The notes beneath the pieces are model-generated. The model was not told the DNA's origin, did not search any database, and saw only the letters and a list, made by a program, of their open reading frames with translations. DNA of 64,000 nucleotides from a virus. Each line of letters opens with the position of its first letter. Position 1 is the first letter of the stretch. The translations under genes were made by a program, and so were the position numbers. Below, in pieces: positions 1-10,144 of this stretch. The stretch lies in IMG/VR virus record IMGVR_UViG_3300045988_115146. One strand, written 5' to 3'.

Positions 1-1
1 A

Positions 2-1633
2 TTTGCAGGTATTGCAGAAGTTATACACTACTATATAGATGGTATGGCAAGAGAAGCTTTCTTACCAACTTGTAGAAGGTATTCATCTCTATATAAACAT
101 GCCAAACTAGTGGACTACCATATAAAATCTGCTATACCATCTTCTGTAGACCTTACAGTATACATGCAGGATGGGACCTCATTTCCAGTAGATATCAATG
201 TACCACAGAATACAGTATTTAATTCTAAGGATGGTAAACCTTGGATAACTACTAGAAATGTAACCATTGAAAAGGGAACATATACTTATAAAGTTCCTGT
301 TGCACAGAAGGAGGCTGTAGCTGAGGTAGAATTGGGAACTTATACTTCTCATGATATAATCATAACCTTGGGTGATCTGCCAGCTGATAGGAAGTATGTA
401 GAGGGATCAATGGTACTTACCATTGACGGTGAAGCTTGGACCTTGGTGGATACCTTTGCCTATTCTGGTCCTGGTGATAGGGTGTATAAGGTAGAATTGG
501 ATAGTACACTCCAACCGTATTTGGTATTCGGTGATGGTCAATTCGGTAGAAAACCAACCATCGGTTCTCAAATAAAAGGTCAGTACTACCTTACTTATGG
601 TTCAAGTGGTAATATACCATCTAACCAATTTGATAAGGTACCAGAAGTAATGTCTGATGTAACTTCTGGTTTATCAATTACTAATACCATAGCTGCAACT
701 GGTGGTTCTGACTATGAGGATTTTGATACTCTGAAGGAGCATATTCCACTCAGTATAAAGACTCTTGGAGTAGCCATTACAAAAGAGGATTACGAAGCAA
801 TAGCTATGCTCATAGACGGTGTAGATAAAGCCTACTGTAATTATATATGCGGTAAATATGTAGAAGTATATATTACCCCAGATGGTGGTTCAGAAGCTAG
901 TACCGAACTTATCAACAATGTTAAGCAGAGGATGGAATCCTCAAAAGTACTGACTACTAGAGTAAGTGTATATTCTACACATGCAGCAAAGATATACTTA
1001 TCTGCAACTATAACCGGTAAGAAGTCATTTAAGTCAATAGATATAAGCAATCAAGTTAAGAAAGCTTTACTTGATGCTTATAACTACCAGAGTTCTGGTA
1101 TAAACAAATCGGTAAGGCAATCTGATTTATATGCTTTAATGGATAATCAACCAATGGTTGACTTCCTTACCATAACCGAGTTATACTTATTGCCGTACCC
1201 AATAGCTATAAATATAAATTCTCAGAATACCGAAGAGATAGTATCTGTACCAGCATTGAACATAACATATTTCAAAATGATATCGTTCAATACTGCAACT
1301 CCAGAGACTGACTATGAGAATTGCTATATTCAGACGGTAATAGAAGATGGCAATGCTTTCTATAGAATATTCACCAATAAGAACGTATCTGGTAATGCCT
1401 TATATACTGGTCAATATGGTAAACCAATAAATGTAAGCTTATACAAATCTAAGTTTACTATGACCATCAACTTACCAGTTGAAAATGCAAACTATGAAAA
1501 TGGTACAGTATATCAGTTAACTACCCAACCAATGGGAAGCAATGGCAGACTGGTAGATCTTATACCTCATAACTATAATATACCAGTTATCAGTTCAGAT
1601 AACATAACCTTAACAATCAATGAAGTGGTTTAA
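2..1633 (+). CDS. Baseplate J-like baseplate protein (5' end cut by window edge)
   Basis: Frame is open from nt 2 (FAGIAEVIHYYIDG precedes first Met at 44). ATGGSDYEDFDTLKEHIPLSIK...AITKEDYEAIA resembles the GGxDxE...T..DYe signature of Baseplate_J/gpJ proteins. Confidence 0.6.
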   Translation, partial: FAGIAEVIHYYIDGMAREAFLPTCRRYSSLYKHAKLVDYHIKSAIPSSVDLTVYMQDGTSFPVDINVPQNTVFNSKDGKPWITTRNVTIEKGTYTYKVPVAQKEAVAEVELGTYTSHDIIITLGDLPADRKYVEGSMVLTIDGEAWTLVDTFAYSGPGDRVYKVELDSTLQPYLVFGDGQFGRKPTIGSQIKGQYYLTYGSSGNIPSNQFDKVPEVMSDVTSGLSITNTIAATGGSDYEDFDTLKEHIPLSIKTLGVAITKEDYEAIAMLIDGVDKAYCNYICGKYVEVYITPDGGSEASTELINNVKQRMESSKVLTTRVSVYSTHAAKIYLSATITGKKSFKSIDISNQVKKALLDAYNYQSSGINKSVRQSDLYALMDNQPMVDFLTITELYLLPYPIAININSQNTEEIVSVPALNITYFKMISFNTATPETDYENCYIQTVIEDGNAFYRIFTNKNVSGNALYTGQYGKPINVSLYKSKFTMTINLPVENANYENGTVYQLTTQPMGSNGRLVDLIPHNYNIPVISSDNITLTINEVV

Positions 1634-2507
1634 TCCAGCGAAGACATTCTTCAGGGATTACATCTTCAGTAACCTTTTTGACCATTACTACAAAGCCAAT
1701 GATACTTATCAAGATTCAGAAGGCAAGGGTATATTCGAAAGGTTCATAGATGTATGTTCTGGCTATTTCGATACTGAGGTAATGCCCGATATAGATAACT
1801 TCATGGAATGTCTGGATGTGGATAAAGCCAATCCTATATTCCTGAACTATCTATGGGAATACTTTGGGTTCATCCCTTATGCTTATGGCGTATTAACTAA
1901 GGGAGAGCCCTATACAGAGGAGAATCTAGAGAATTGGGTAAAAGAGGACAGGGGTTTTCCCACTGCTGATTGCCGGTTAGTTCTAAGATACGCCATATCA
2001 CTGTATAAGATTAGGGGAACTAAAAAGTTTTACGAAATCTTAGGTAGATTTTATGGTGTAACTTTTAACCTTACAGAAGTAGAAGGCAGTACTAAAGCTG
2101 TAACTGGATTTTCTGGTGATGGGTCAGTAAAGTATGACAATGTTTCTTACTATGATACTCCATCAGCTACTTATGATACAGAGACAGATTGTTGGGAATG
2201 TGTTCCTATGATTTTAACTATCGGTATACCAAAAGGTCAATGGAATTTTATGACCAAGAAAGATCAAGAGATTCAGGAAAAACTTTTAGAAGAATGGAAG
2301 TCTATGAATCCCTATGCTACAGAAGAAGAGATTCAGCAAGCTAAGGAACAGATATATACTGAGCATCCATCAGATTATAGTGATAAGGTAAAAGAGACTT
2401 TGATAAACATAGTTAACAAATATCTGCCAGTAAATGTAAAGTACTTTGAACCAAATGATAGTTCAGTGGTATTTGAACAAACTTCTGCAGTAATTTATAT
2501 CGTATAA
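1620..2507 (+). CDS. Baseplate/tail protein, P2 gpI-like (tentative)
   Basis: 14-nt overlap with baseplate J gene. LVLRYAISLYKIRGTKKFYEILGRFYG resembles the rGT motif of tail protein I family. Position after gpJ-like gene. Confidence 0.35.
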   Translation: MKWFNPAKTFFRDYIFSNLFDHYYKANDTYQDSEGKGIFERFIDVCSGYFDTEVMPDIDNFMECLDVDKANPIFLNYLWEYFGFIPYAYGVLTKGEPYTEENLENWVKEDRGFPTADCRLVLRYAISLYKIRGTKKFYEILGRFYGVTFNLTEVEGSTKAVTGFSGDGSVKYDNVSYYDTPSATYDTETDCWECVPMILTIGIPKGQWNFMTKKDQEIQEKLLEEWKSMNPYATEEEIQQAKEQIYTEHPSDYSDKVKETLINIVNKYLPVNVKYFEPNDSSVVFEQTSAVIYIV

Positions 2508-2508
2508 C

Positions 2509-3141
2509 ATGCCACTGATCTCATTATTATTTGCAGCTGCTCAAGATCAAAAAGTAGACAATGCAGTTCAATCTTTAACAAGGTCATCCATAGAGTTAGC
2601 GGAAGCAGCTTCTAACTACGGGGCATTAAAGGTAATCTTCGGTATCTTTATGGTATTAGTTCTAGTATTGGTAGTGATGTTTATGTATACCATCTGGAAC
2701 TTAAACAAAAAGATATCTGTAGTATCAGAGTCTTCTAGTAAGGTCACAGAATTCTTCGATGGAGCTGCTGATTCTACAATAGGTGTAACTGAGGCACAGA
2801 TTCTTATACGAAGGGAATTCAATTGCCTTGGTCATATACTTAAGTATGCCATACTACGAATAAGACTCGAGAATCATATAGATAATAAAGAGTCAGTAAT
2901 AAAGAAAGTAGACATATTAGTTAACAATGAGTATTCAGAACTATGTGGGCTTATGTCTAACTTTAATTGTAATGGCAAATCTCTTTCGACCATATTTGAA
3001 CTTCAAGATAATGAAGCAATAAAAGATATGGTAATAGAACAAATATACATATCCAAGGATCAATTCTCCATTTCAAATATGGATCAATCAGTAAGTATGT
3101 ATCTCAATGGATTGAAATTGATGTACCTTAAAAAATTATAA
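2509..3141 (+). CDS. Hypothetical single-pass membrane protein
   Basis: Hydrophobic segment ALKVIFGIFMVLVLVLVVMFMYTIW. Directly upstream of the amidase, so a holin-like role is possible but unsupported. Confidence 0.5.
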   Translation: MPLISLLFAAAQDQKVDNAVQSLTRSSIELAEAASNYGALKVIFGIFMVLVLVLVVMFMYTIWNLNKKISVVSESSSKVTEFFDGAADSTIGVTEAQILIRREFNCLGHILKYAILRIRLENHIDNKESVIKKVDILVNNEYSELCGLMSNFNCNGKSLSTIFELQDNEAIKDMVIEQIYISKDQFSISNMDQSVSMYLNGLKLMYLKKL

Positions 3142-3143
3142 CC

Positions 3144-3770
3144 ATGGAACGAAAATTATTACCGATCATTGACTTTGCTCATGGGTCAGATGTACCTGGA
3201 AAACAATCACCAGATGGTAAACATAAAGAATATTTATGGAGTCGTAAAGTAGGTGGAATGCTAGCTGAACGTCTCAAGCAGGAGGGATTCAAGGTAGCAT
3301 TCACTAATACCTCAGATAAAGAAATCGGGTTATCTAGAAGAAGAGAAATTGCAAATAATCTAGATACTCCACTTGGGGGAACTAAATTTCTGCTATCCCT
3401 CCATAATAATGCCACAGGCATGGGGAATGAATGGTGCACTGCAAGGGGATTTGAAATTTATACTACCAAGGGCCAGACTAGTTCTGATTTATTTGCTACA
3501 GTAATATTTGAGCAGCTTCAGGAAGACTTCCCGATTACCAATGGATATAAACACCGTATGGATAAATCAGATGGTGATCCAGATAAGGAAGCTAACTTTA
3601 CTGTACTAATGGGAAATAATTACTGGGGAGTACTGCTTGAGTGGCTCTTCCAGGATAATCCAGATGATGTAGCTTTATTAGAGGATGATAATATAAACCA
3701 TAAATTGGTTGAGTCTTTAACTAAGGCACTCATTTTCATAGACGAAAACTTGGATAAATTAAAACTGTAG
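3144..3770 (+). CDS. N-acetylmuramoyl-L-alanine amidase (Amidase_3-type endolysin)
   Basis: IIDFAHGSDVPGKQSPDG, LSRRREIANN, FLLSLHNNA and GFEIYT match the conserved His/Glu zinc-ligand blocks of Amidase_3 (CwlC/AmiC-like). Confidence 0.8.
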   Translation: MERKLLPIIDFAHGSDVPGKQSPDGKHKEYLWSRKVGGMLAERLKQEGFKVAFTNTSDKEIGLSRRREIANNLDTPLGGTKFLLSLHNNATGMGNEWCTARGFEIYTTKGQTSSDLFATVIFEQLQEDFPITNGYKHRMDKSDGDPDKEANFTVLMGNNYWGVLLEWLFQDNPDDVALLEDDNINHKLVESLTKALIFIDENLDKLKL

Positions 3771-3774
3771 AGAT

Positions 3775-5688
3775 ATGGCTAATAATGTAACCGTGGTTAA
3801 TAACGATGTAGTTCAACAGAGGTTCTATCAAGTATATGGTGACTTGATTGAATCCAAAGAAACCATGGAACCCATAGCTATTGCTCATGGTAATGGTCCT
3901 ATATGTGGATTTGATATTGTAGATACTTCTACTGATCATGTAATAATCCGTGGTTCATGGGATCCCAATTTATCTAGCGATGGTATATCCGCTCCGCCAG
4001 TATTAAAGAAAGCTAATCGTAGAGTCATAATATCAGATGGAGAAAATAATGGTGGAAATGTAGTTAATGCCATAGTAACTAATGATGGGCTTATACATAT
4101 ATGTCCAGTTACTCTTGATTTTACTGATGTAAAGCCAACTGGTGGATGGTTTGATCTAAGTAATCCCAGTAAGTTTGTGGCTTTTGCTATGAAAGTAAGC
4201 CATACCTATACTCCAGTAGCAGATGCTAGTAATATTGGAGTTAGTGATTTTAGTATTACTTGGTTAACATTAGAAAAGAGTACTGGTGGTACTTATAGTC
4301 CTGCAGAGGTAGCCTCTTTAGACTTCTCATCTCTTGTAGGCACTATATTACCATCTGGTTGGATAAATAGGAATACTGATTCTTTAGTTGGTATATACAT
4401 TGTAGGGTATGACCCAAGTTGGGGAGACAACGATGTATATGCCTCTTTCGGATATAAAATGGCTTTGGTATCTTATGATGGTAAATGGCCAGTAAGTCCT
4501 TTCATAAACGGGTCATTTGATATCCTTTCACTTAATCAAAGAGTAAAAAATATACCAGTCATAGAAGATGATATTGATAGCTTGAAAGGGCTGAACAGTA
4601 TACTTCAGAACCAGGTGAATACTCTTGGTAAAGGTATAGAATGTGATTACACTTTAGATATTAATGTTACAGATGAAGGGACCGGTGATGGTACAGTAAG
4701 TATTACTATAAAGAAGCTGGTGTATCTCGGAGTAAGCCTCTATGAAGGAGCTGGGAAAACCTTCACCAGTAATACCATGTATTTAAACAATATAAAGGCC
4801 ATATACTTAGACATATTATCATCTGATACTAATCCAGATACTGGTTTACCTTCTATCTCTAAATGGGGATTAAGTCTTGGATTAAGTACTGTTAGGTTAA
4901 CTAATCCAAGTGACATTAGGGGAGGCATATCTGGTGATTTTCAAGGAACTGGAGAATCTGGTTCTATATCAGCTGGTATTATATGCCTAATCAATAAGAA
5001 TGGTCAAATGACTGACTCTTATTATGGCCTAGTAGGTAATGGTAAAAGTTCAAAAGTAGTAAAACCCTCTGATGATCCAAGTTATTATCTGGCATTGGTA
5101 TTAAATAACTTCTTTAATAGGTTTGCTAATACCGCTGATGTATTGGATACATCCTCAGAAAGGGATAAGAGGTATACTAGAGTATTCATAGATACCAAGA
5201 GTGGAGGTTTAACTTCAAGTGATACTTGTGGAATAACCTTCAGATTGTACCCAACAGGTATAAACTTATCTTGGTATGTATACCTTAGTAACACTTCTTC
5301 CCCATATACACAAGGTACTTTCAGGTTAGATTTGAATTCTGAATTGGCTTTACATTTCAAGCCTTATGTATTAAAGAATCTATACGACTTCTATAAGAAG
5401 GTAACTGCTCAGGCATCTGGCGGGAAGTTGTTATTGCAAAGTATGCCGTTGATGGTTAATACTACTCAAAGTGGAACAGAGCAAGAAGTAAATGGTCATA
5501 TATTTGTTTATTTACGAAATGATTCGTCTGATAATTTCTACTTAGAAGTAGTAGTGGGTACTATAAGTGGTTCATCTTCTGCTACCATAAGGAGTACTTA
5601 TTTTGGTACTACATTTATCCCATTTATGTTGAATGATGTATGGGATTTATGTAATACTGGAGATGTATCAATTACTCCGAATGTATAG
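3775..5688 (+). CDS. Large virion protein, candidate tail fibre/receptor-binding protein
   Basis: 637-aa ORF following baseplate genes, rich in Gly/Ser/Thr/Asn. No specific motif recognised. Confidence 0.35.
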   Translation: MANNVTVVNNDVVQQRFYQVYGDLIESKETMEPIAIAHGNGPICGFDIVDTSTDHVIIRGSWDPNLSSDGISAPPVLKKANRRVIISDGENNGGNVVNAIVTNDGLIHICPVTLDFTDVKPTGGWFDLSNPSKFVAFAMKVSHTYTPVADASNIGVSDFSITWLTLEKSTGGTYSPAEVASLDFSSLVGTILPSGWINRNTDSLVGIYIVGYDPSWGDNDVYASFGYKMALVSYDGKWPVSPFINGSFDILSLNQRVKNIPVIEDDIDSLKGLNSILQNQVNTLGKGIECDYTLDINVTDEGTGDGTVSITIKKLVYLGVSLYEGAGKTFTSNTMYLNNIKAIYLDILSSDTNPDTGLPSISKWGLSLGLSTVRLTNPSDIRGGISGDFQGTGESGSISAGIICLINKNGQMTDSYYGLVGNGKSSKVVKPSDDPSYYLALVLNNFFNRFANTADVLDTSSERDKRYTRVFIDTKSGGLTSSDTCGITFRLYPTGINLSWYVYLSNTSSPYTQGTFRLDLNSELALHFKPYVLKNLYDFYKKVTAQASGGKLLLQSMPLMVNTTQSGTEQEVNGHIFVYLRNDSSDNFYLEVVVGTISGSSSATIRSTYFGTTFIPFMLNDVWDLCNTGDVSITPNV

Positions 5689-5768
5689 ATACATATTAAA
5701 CACAAGCCATAGTTGAGTTGGTTAAGTGGGGCCGGAGTTGGGTTATGTTTAATCCTGCTCTGGCTTTT

Positions 5769-6416
5769 TTATTGTCTAAGATCTACAGCAGCTTGTTCTA
5801 AAGTTTTTTGTATGTTCTTTCTCATGTGAGAAAACATATTTACTGCAAATTTATCTCTTGGCAACTCAAAGTAATCAATCAAGTGAAGGATAGATAACTT
5901 ACCGTGTGATTCCTTTATTCTTGACTCAAACCATTTGGGAGGTTCAAGCTGTATCTTCATAACCAAATACTCATCAGGTGTAAGATGTTCTTTCATGTAT
6001 TCATGGAATCTTTGTGATTGTTCTTCCTTGATACGAGTTTCTTCTGAGTCATCAAGTAATTCCTTGTTATTATCAAATAGGACTTCAAATGAAGTTAACT
6101 CCTGATTAAATTCTGCCTGTTTAGTATAGGCATTACGCAATAACTTACTCTTGAAAGTTTGAAGGGAAGATAAAAGAGTGGCCTTTAATCTTTCTTCATC
6201 ATACTCACTTTGATATTTATTGAATACATACAAGAACTTATCCCAGAAAAAAGAGTTGATTATATCTGGTGTAACATTAAATCTTCTAGAATCTATTCCC
6301 CTTACTAATCTGCGGATTAATGGTTTACAGGTTTTATACAACCTATTAAACAAATCCTCATCATAAGGTTTTAATTCTGTCAAACGATGTAGTTCACTTC
6401 CGTTGTTGCCTTTCAT
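5769..6416 (-). CDS. Putative sigma-70/ECF-like transcription factor
   Basis: Only leftward gene in this part of the window. Region-2-like DIINSFFWDKFLYVF and region-4-like LTPDEYLVMKIQ...SILHLIDYFELPRDKFAVNMFSHMRKNIQKTL seen by eye. Confidence 0.35.
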   Translation of the reverse strand: MKGNNGSELHRLTELKPYDEDLFNRLYKTCKPLIRRLVRGIDSRRFNVTPDIINSFFWDKFLYVFNKYQSEYDEERLKATLLSSLQTFKSKLLRNAYTKQAEFNQELTSFEVLFDNNKELLDDSEETRIKEEQSQRFHEYMKEHLTPDEYLVMKIQLEPPKWFESRIKESHGKLSILHLIDYFELPRDKFAVNMFSHMRKNIQKTLEQAAVDLRQ

Positions 6417-6440
6417 AGTAGTAAAGATTTTTTAACAATG

Positions 6441-6448
6441 CAAATATA
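6441..6448 (-). promoter_or_regulatory. Bacteroidota-type -7 box (TATATTTG on minus strand)
   Basis: Plus strand CAAATATA is the reverse complement of TATATTTG, 25 nt upstream of the minus-strand ATG at 6416. No clear -33 TTTG. Confidence 0.45.
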
Positions 6449-6585
6449 ATATAATAAGTAACAACTTGTATGAATTTATAAAAATTATTTCACCGTTTGT
6501 GTTGAAGTTAGTTCAAAGATGAGCTTCATGAACTATATCATCTAGCAGATACTATTGATAATACATCCTGAATATTATATAATAT

Positions 6586-8052
6586 ATGAAACAAAACAAG
6601 GTAAAGAAGAGGTTAAACTCATGTGATAAATTCACTTTTTCCATAGAGTTTCAATTAGAAGTATTAAGGTTTCTGATACAAGGCAAGGAATCTCTTTTAT
6701 ATATCTCAAAGATAAAGCCTGGGTATTTTACTCTGATAGAACATTCTATCTTAGTAGAAGCCTTGATCAAATTTGTTAAGAAGTATCAGAGAATCCCCAG
6801 TGAAGTTTTGATGATAGAACAGGTAAAGACTTTATTGGAAGGCAAGGATTATACAGATTTGGTTACAAAGGAAGATATCCCCAATATTCATAAGTTAATA
6901 TATGAACTGTATAACAAGCCATTAAAGGATGTAGATATAGTTTTGGAAAACATACATAAGTTCATTGCCTATATAGAATTAAAGGCTTTGAATGAGAGTA
7001 TGGATTTCTCAGATTATAACTCATATGAAACATACCAATCAAAGCTAACCAAGATCCTTCAAAATTCAAAGCCACAAAAGAAGGATGAACCATTGTTAAT
7101 GGTTAGTGGAACTGCAATGCGTCAACTTATGAGAAAGGTTGATCCGGATGTAGTTCCTACTCCATTTTGGCAATTGAATAAGTTGGGTAATGGGGATGGG
7201 TATCCTAAGAATTCTTTATTTGTGTTGATTGATCGACCCAAACGGAGAAAGACCTTTGCACTTATAAATATAGCAAGGGGATACTTGGCAATGAGGAAGA
7301 ACGTATTATATATTGATACTGAGAATGGTAAGAACCAGTTAATGGATCGTATGATCCAATCTACTCTCAACAAAACTAAGAGAGAGATGTTAACTGGTGA
7401 TTATGATAAGATGGAGCAAAGACACATGCGTAAATATAAACGTCTTGGTGTAGAGTTTATAGTTGAGCGTGTACCAGCAACCATTGCCGATTGTAATACT
7501 ATCAAGAATCTAGTCAGGAAGTTAGAATCAGAGAAAGGTATAAAGGTGCATGTCATCATGATTGACTATGCTGCAAAGTTAGCTTCTATTTCCAGAGATA
7601 AGGATGATGTAGAACGTATTAACAATGTATATATAGATATAGATAATATGGGTGATGAACTTGGGCTAGATGCCATTTGGACTGCTCAACACGTTACCCG
7701 AGAAGGCGCTAAGCATCAAGAAACAAGATACGAGGATAATGATATTGCTTCTGCTATTTCTATCATAAGAAATGCAAAATGCGTAATGGGGTTAAATTCT
7801 ACACCCGATGAAGAAGAACATAATATAATGAGAATGGAAGTTGTAGTTCAACGAGATGGAGTTCCAACCGGTAGAGTTATGTTCAATATGGATCCAGAAA
7901 GACAACGTATGAAAGAGTTCTCAAGAGAAGCCAGAGCTAAATATGATGAGTCCATGGGTAGACAAGTAGATGATATGCTTAAAAAGAAAAAGAAGGTAAG
8001 TAATCCCAATGCAAACTCTGAAAAGAGGAGTAAAACCACTGGTGATATTTAG
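6586..8052 (+). CDS. DnaB-like (SF4) replicative helicase
   Basis: RecA-type core (VLIDRPKRRKT Walker A-like, VHVIMIDYAAKL Walker B-like, WTAQHVTREG) after an alpha-helical N-domain. Sits next to the primase. Confidence 0.55.
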   Translation: MKQNKVKKRLNSCDKFTFSIEFQLEVLRFLIQGKESLLYISKIKPGYFTLIEHSILVEALIKFVKKYQRIPSEVLMIEQVKTLLEGKDYTDLVTKEDIPNIHKLIYELYNKPLKDVDIVLENIHKFIAYIELKALNESMDFSDYNSYETYQSKLTKILQNSKPQKKDEPLLMVSGTAMRQLMRKVDPDVVPTPFWQLNKLGNGDGYPKNSLFVLIDRPKRRKTFALINIARGYLAMRKNVLYIDTENGKNQLMDRMIQSTLNKTKREMLTGDYDKMEQRHMRKYKRLGVEFIVERVPATIADCNTIKNLVRKLESEKGIKVHVIMIDYAAKLASISRDKDDVERINNVYIDIDNMGDELGLDAIWTAQHVTREGAKHQETRYEDNDIASAISIIRNAKCVMGLNSTPDEEEHNIMRMEVVVQRDGVPTGRVMFNMDPERQRMKEFSREARAKYDESMGRQVDDMLKKKKKVSNPNANSEKRSKTTGDI

Positions 8053-8085
8053 TAACATATTATAAACCTTAATAATTAAAGTTGT

Positions 8086-8298
8086 ATGGCACGTATTATT
8101 GATTCTATGGATTTGGCCAAGTTTGGAGAAAAGGTTACTTCCTGTCCCAAATGTAAAAAGGTAATAGCCTGTGTTCCAAATGAAGTATTCTTAGATTTAT
8201 CTTATGGTCCTGGACATTTTGAAGAAGAGAGTATTGTATGTCCTCAATGTCATAGTATACTTCATCTCAATGAGTTTCATACTGTAGAACATATGTAA
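8086..8298 (+). CDS. Small zinc-ribbon protein
   Basis: Two CxxC pairs (CPKCKK ... CPQCHS). Confidence 0.5.
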   Translation: MARIIDSMDLAKFGEKVTSCPKCKKVIACVPNEVFLDLSYGPGHFEEESIVCPQCHSILHLNEFHTVEHM

Positions 8299-8300
8299 TC

Positions 8301-8666
8301 ATGGATATCAGATTGCTAAAGATATTCCGTAGGAGAGCTTCTAAAGAGATATGCTTAAGAAGACAACCAGGTAATAGGTATGAAGTGGTATGTCCAATAA
8401 ATGAAGAAAATACTCTTGGATGTTTTACTAAACAATGGGTTCACATAAATAGTCCAAAAGCTTCTATTACATTTAAGATGTGTACTCCCAATGGCAGTAC
8501 TTTCATAAATAGAATAGGGTATAATCAATACGATGCGTATATTATACCATTTAACACTAATTTTCTAACTATGGAAGAAGCTATTTTAGAGATATCCAAG
8601 ATTAGGAGAGGTTATATACAATATCACTTAGTGCCGGAGTTCTGCAAAGGATTACCCATTAAGTAG
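8301..8666 (+). CDS. Hypothetical protein
   Basis: Co-directional ORF, 2-nt spacing from upstream gene. No motif recognised. Confidence 0.5.
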   Translation: MDIRLLKIFRRRASKEICLRRQPGNRYEVVCPINEENTLGCFTKQWVHINSPKASITFKMCTPNGSTFINRIGYNQYDAYIIPFNTNFLTMEEAILEISKIRRGYIQYHLVPEFCKGLPIK

Positions 8667-8671
8667 TAATC

Positions 8672-8712
8672 ACCCGGCTATGGATAACATGGTCGGGTAT
8701 TTTTATTTATTG
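8672..8712 (+). terminator. Rho-independent terminator
   Basis: 11-bp stem ACCCGGCTATG/CATGGTCGGGT (3 G-U pairs), 5-nt loop GATAA, then ATTTTTATTTATT. Confidence 0.65.
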
Positions 8713-8803
8713 ATATGAAACTCAACAGCAATATAAAAGGTTTTCCTTTATACCATGTAACTAAAGATGGAAAGGTATATACATAAAATAAAGACTGGTT
8801 ATT

Positions 8804-9757
8804 ATGAAGCTTAATAATAATCTCAAGGGCAGGCTCCATCAATACTTTATAAGAAAGATAGGGGCTTTTGATTACAGACACTCATGGATGAAGTCAGATT
8901 GTCCATACTGTGGTAGAGAAAAGAAGTTTGGTATTAACCTTTCAAGTAATAGGTGCAATTGTTTCCGATGCGGAGAACATCCCTCCCCTATTGGATTAAT
9001 CATGTATCTAGAGAATACCGATAGTTTTCAAGAAGTACTGCATATACTTGAATCGGGTGATTATTCTGGATATGTATTTAAGGAGGAGAAGGTTGAATTA
9101 AAAGGTAAGAAAGAATTTTTCCTCCCTGATGGATTCAAGAATATATCTATGGGTAATTCTGTATTGGCAAAGTCAGCCAGGAATTATTTGAAGAGAAGAG
9201 GATTCAATATAGATGAATTGGCTCGTAAGGGATGGGGATATTGCAATGAAGGTAAGTACCTGGGTTATGTAATTATCCCATTTACGGAGCATGGGCAATT
9301 AACTTATTTCAATGCCAGATTATATATGGGCGCTGGCCCCAAATATAACAATCCAGAAGTAGATATAACAGGTTTGGGAAAGAGTTTTATTATTTATAAT
9401 GCAGATGCTCTAGAAATATATAAAACAGTTTATATTTGTGAGGGTGCAATTAATGCAGAGACTATCGGAGAAAATGGGATTGCAACGGGAGGCAAGGCCA
9501 TTTCAAGATATCAGGTGAATAGATTTATTAAAAGCCCAGTAGAAAAGTTTATTATATTAATTGACCCAGATGCTAAGGATAAGGCATTAGACCTGGCTTT
9601 CAAATTAGTACCCTTTAAAAAGGTAAAGGTGGTATTTCTACCTGATAATGAAGATGTGAATTCTTTGGGTAAGAGAAAGACTTTAGAATATGTACGAAAG
9701 ACGACATATCAGACTTATCAAGAACTTTTAACTATAAAATCAGAACTAAAATTATAA
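8804..9757 (+). CDS. DNA primase (zinc finger + TOPRIM)
   Basis: CPYCGREKKFGINLSSNRCNCFRCGEH zinc finger. TOPRIM blocks YICEGAINAETIG and ILIDPDAKDKA. Confidence 0.75.
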   Translation: MKLNNNLKGRLHQYFIRKIGAFDYRHSWMKSDCPYCGREKKFGINLSSNRCNCFRCGEHPSPIGLIMYLENTDSFQEVLHILESGDYSGYVFKEEKVELKGKKEFFLPDGFKNISMGNSVLAKSARNYLKRRGFNIDELARKGWGYCNEGKYLGYVIIPFTEHGQLTYFNARLYMGAGPKYNNPEVDITGLGKSFIIYNADALEIYKTVYICEGAINAETIGENGIATGGKAISRYQVNRFIKSPVEKFIILIDPDAKDKALDLAFKLVPFKKVKVVFLPDNEDVNSLGKRKTLEYVRKTTYQTYQELLTIKSELKL

Positions 9758-9760
9758 ATT

Positions 9761-10144
9761 ATGGCACTTTTAATTTGGGTTATATCAGTGGTATTACTTT
9801 CATTTATTACACTTATTGTAACTACTTGGTTATGCAATATAACCGACTCTTCAAATAGCCTTATTCATAATAACAAATATAACAAGTATAAGATTTATTA
9901 CGATGCCTCATGTGACCTATATTATTGTAAGATGGTAACTAACTATCTGTTGGGTATTATCCCTATTTGGAGGAAGGTCAAATATTCAGTACCATCAGGA
10001 TTTGAAGATTCAATTTATCATATATGGTATGAAGATAATTCAGAAATTATACGGGTTGAGATGAATAAAAGTTACACTGAATACTGTGAAAGAAATGATA
10101 AGTTAAAAGCTAAGGCAAGAGTAGTATATAAGAGTTATGAATAA
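9761..10144 (+). CDS. Hypothetical membrane protein
   Basis: N-terminal TM segment LLIWVISVVLLSFITLIVTTWL. Confidence 0.5.
   Translation: MALLIWVISVVLLSFITLIVTTWLCNITDSSNSLIHNNKYNKYKIYYDASCDLYYCKMVTNYLLGIIPIWRKVKYSVPSGFEDSIYHIWYEDNSEIIRVEMNKSYTEYCERNDKLKAKARVVYKSYE

Noticed and set aside
5689-5768. Bidirectional terminator between the convergent fibre gene and the sigma-like gene (T6 tract at 5765)
   Set aside because: Only a 5-bp AGCCA/TGGCT pairing with a loop of about 50 nt could be drawn. The visible feature is a direct repeat GAGTTGG(G)TT x2, not a convincing hairpin.
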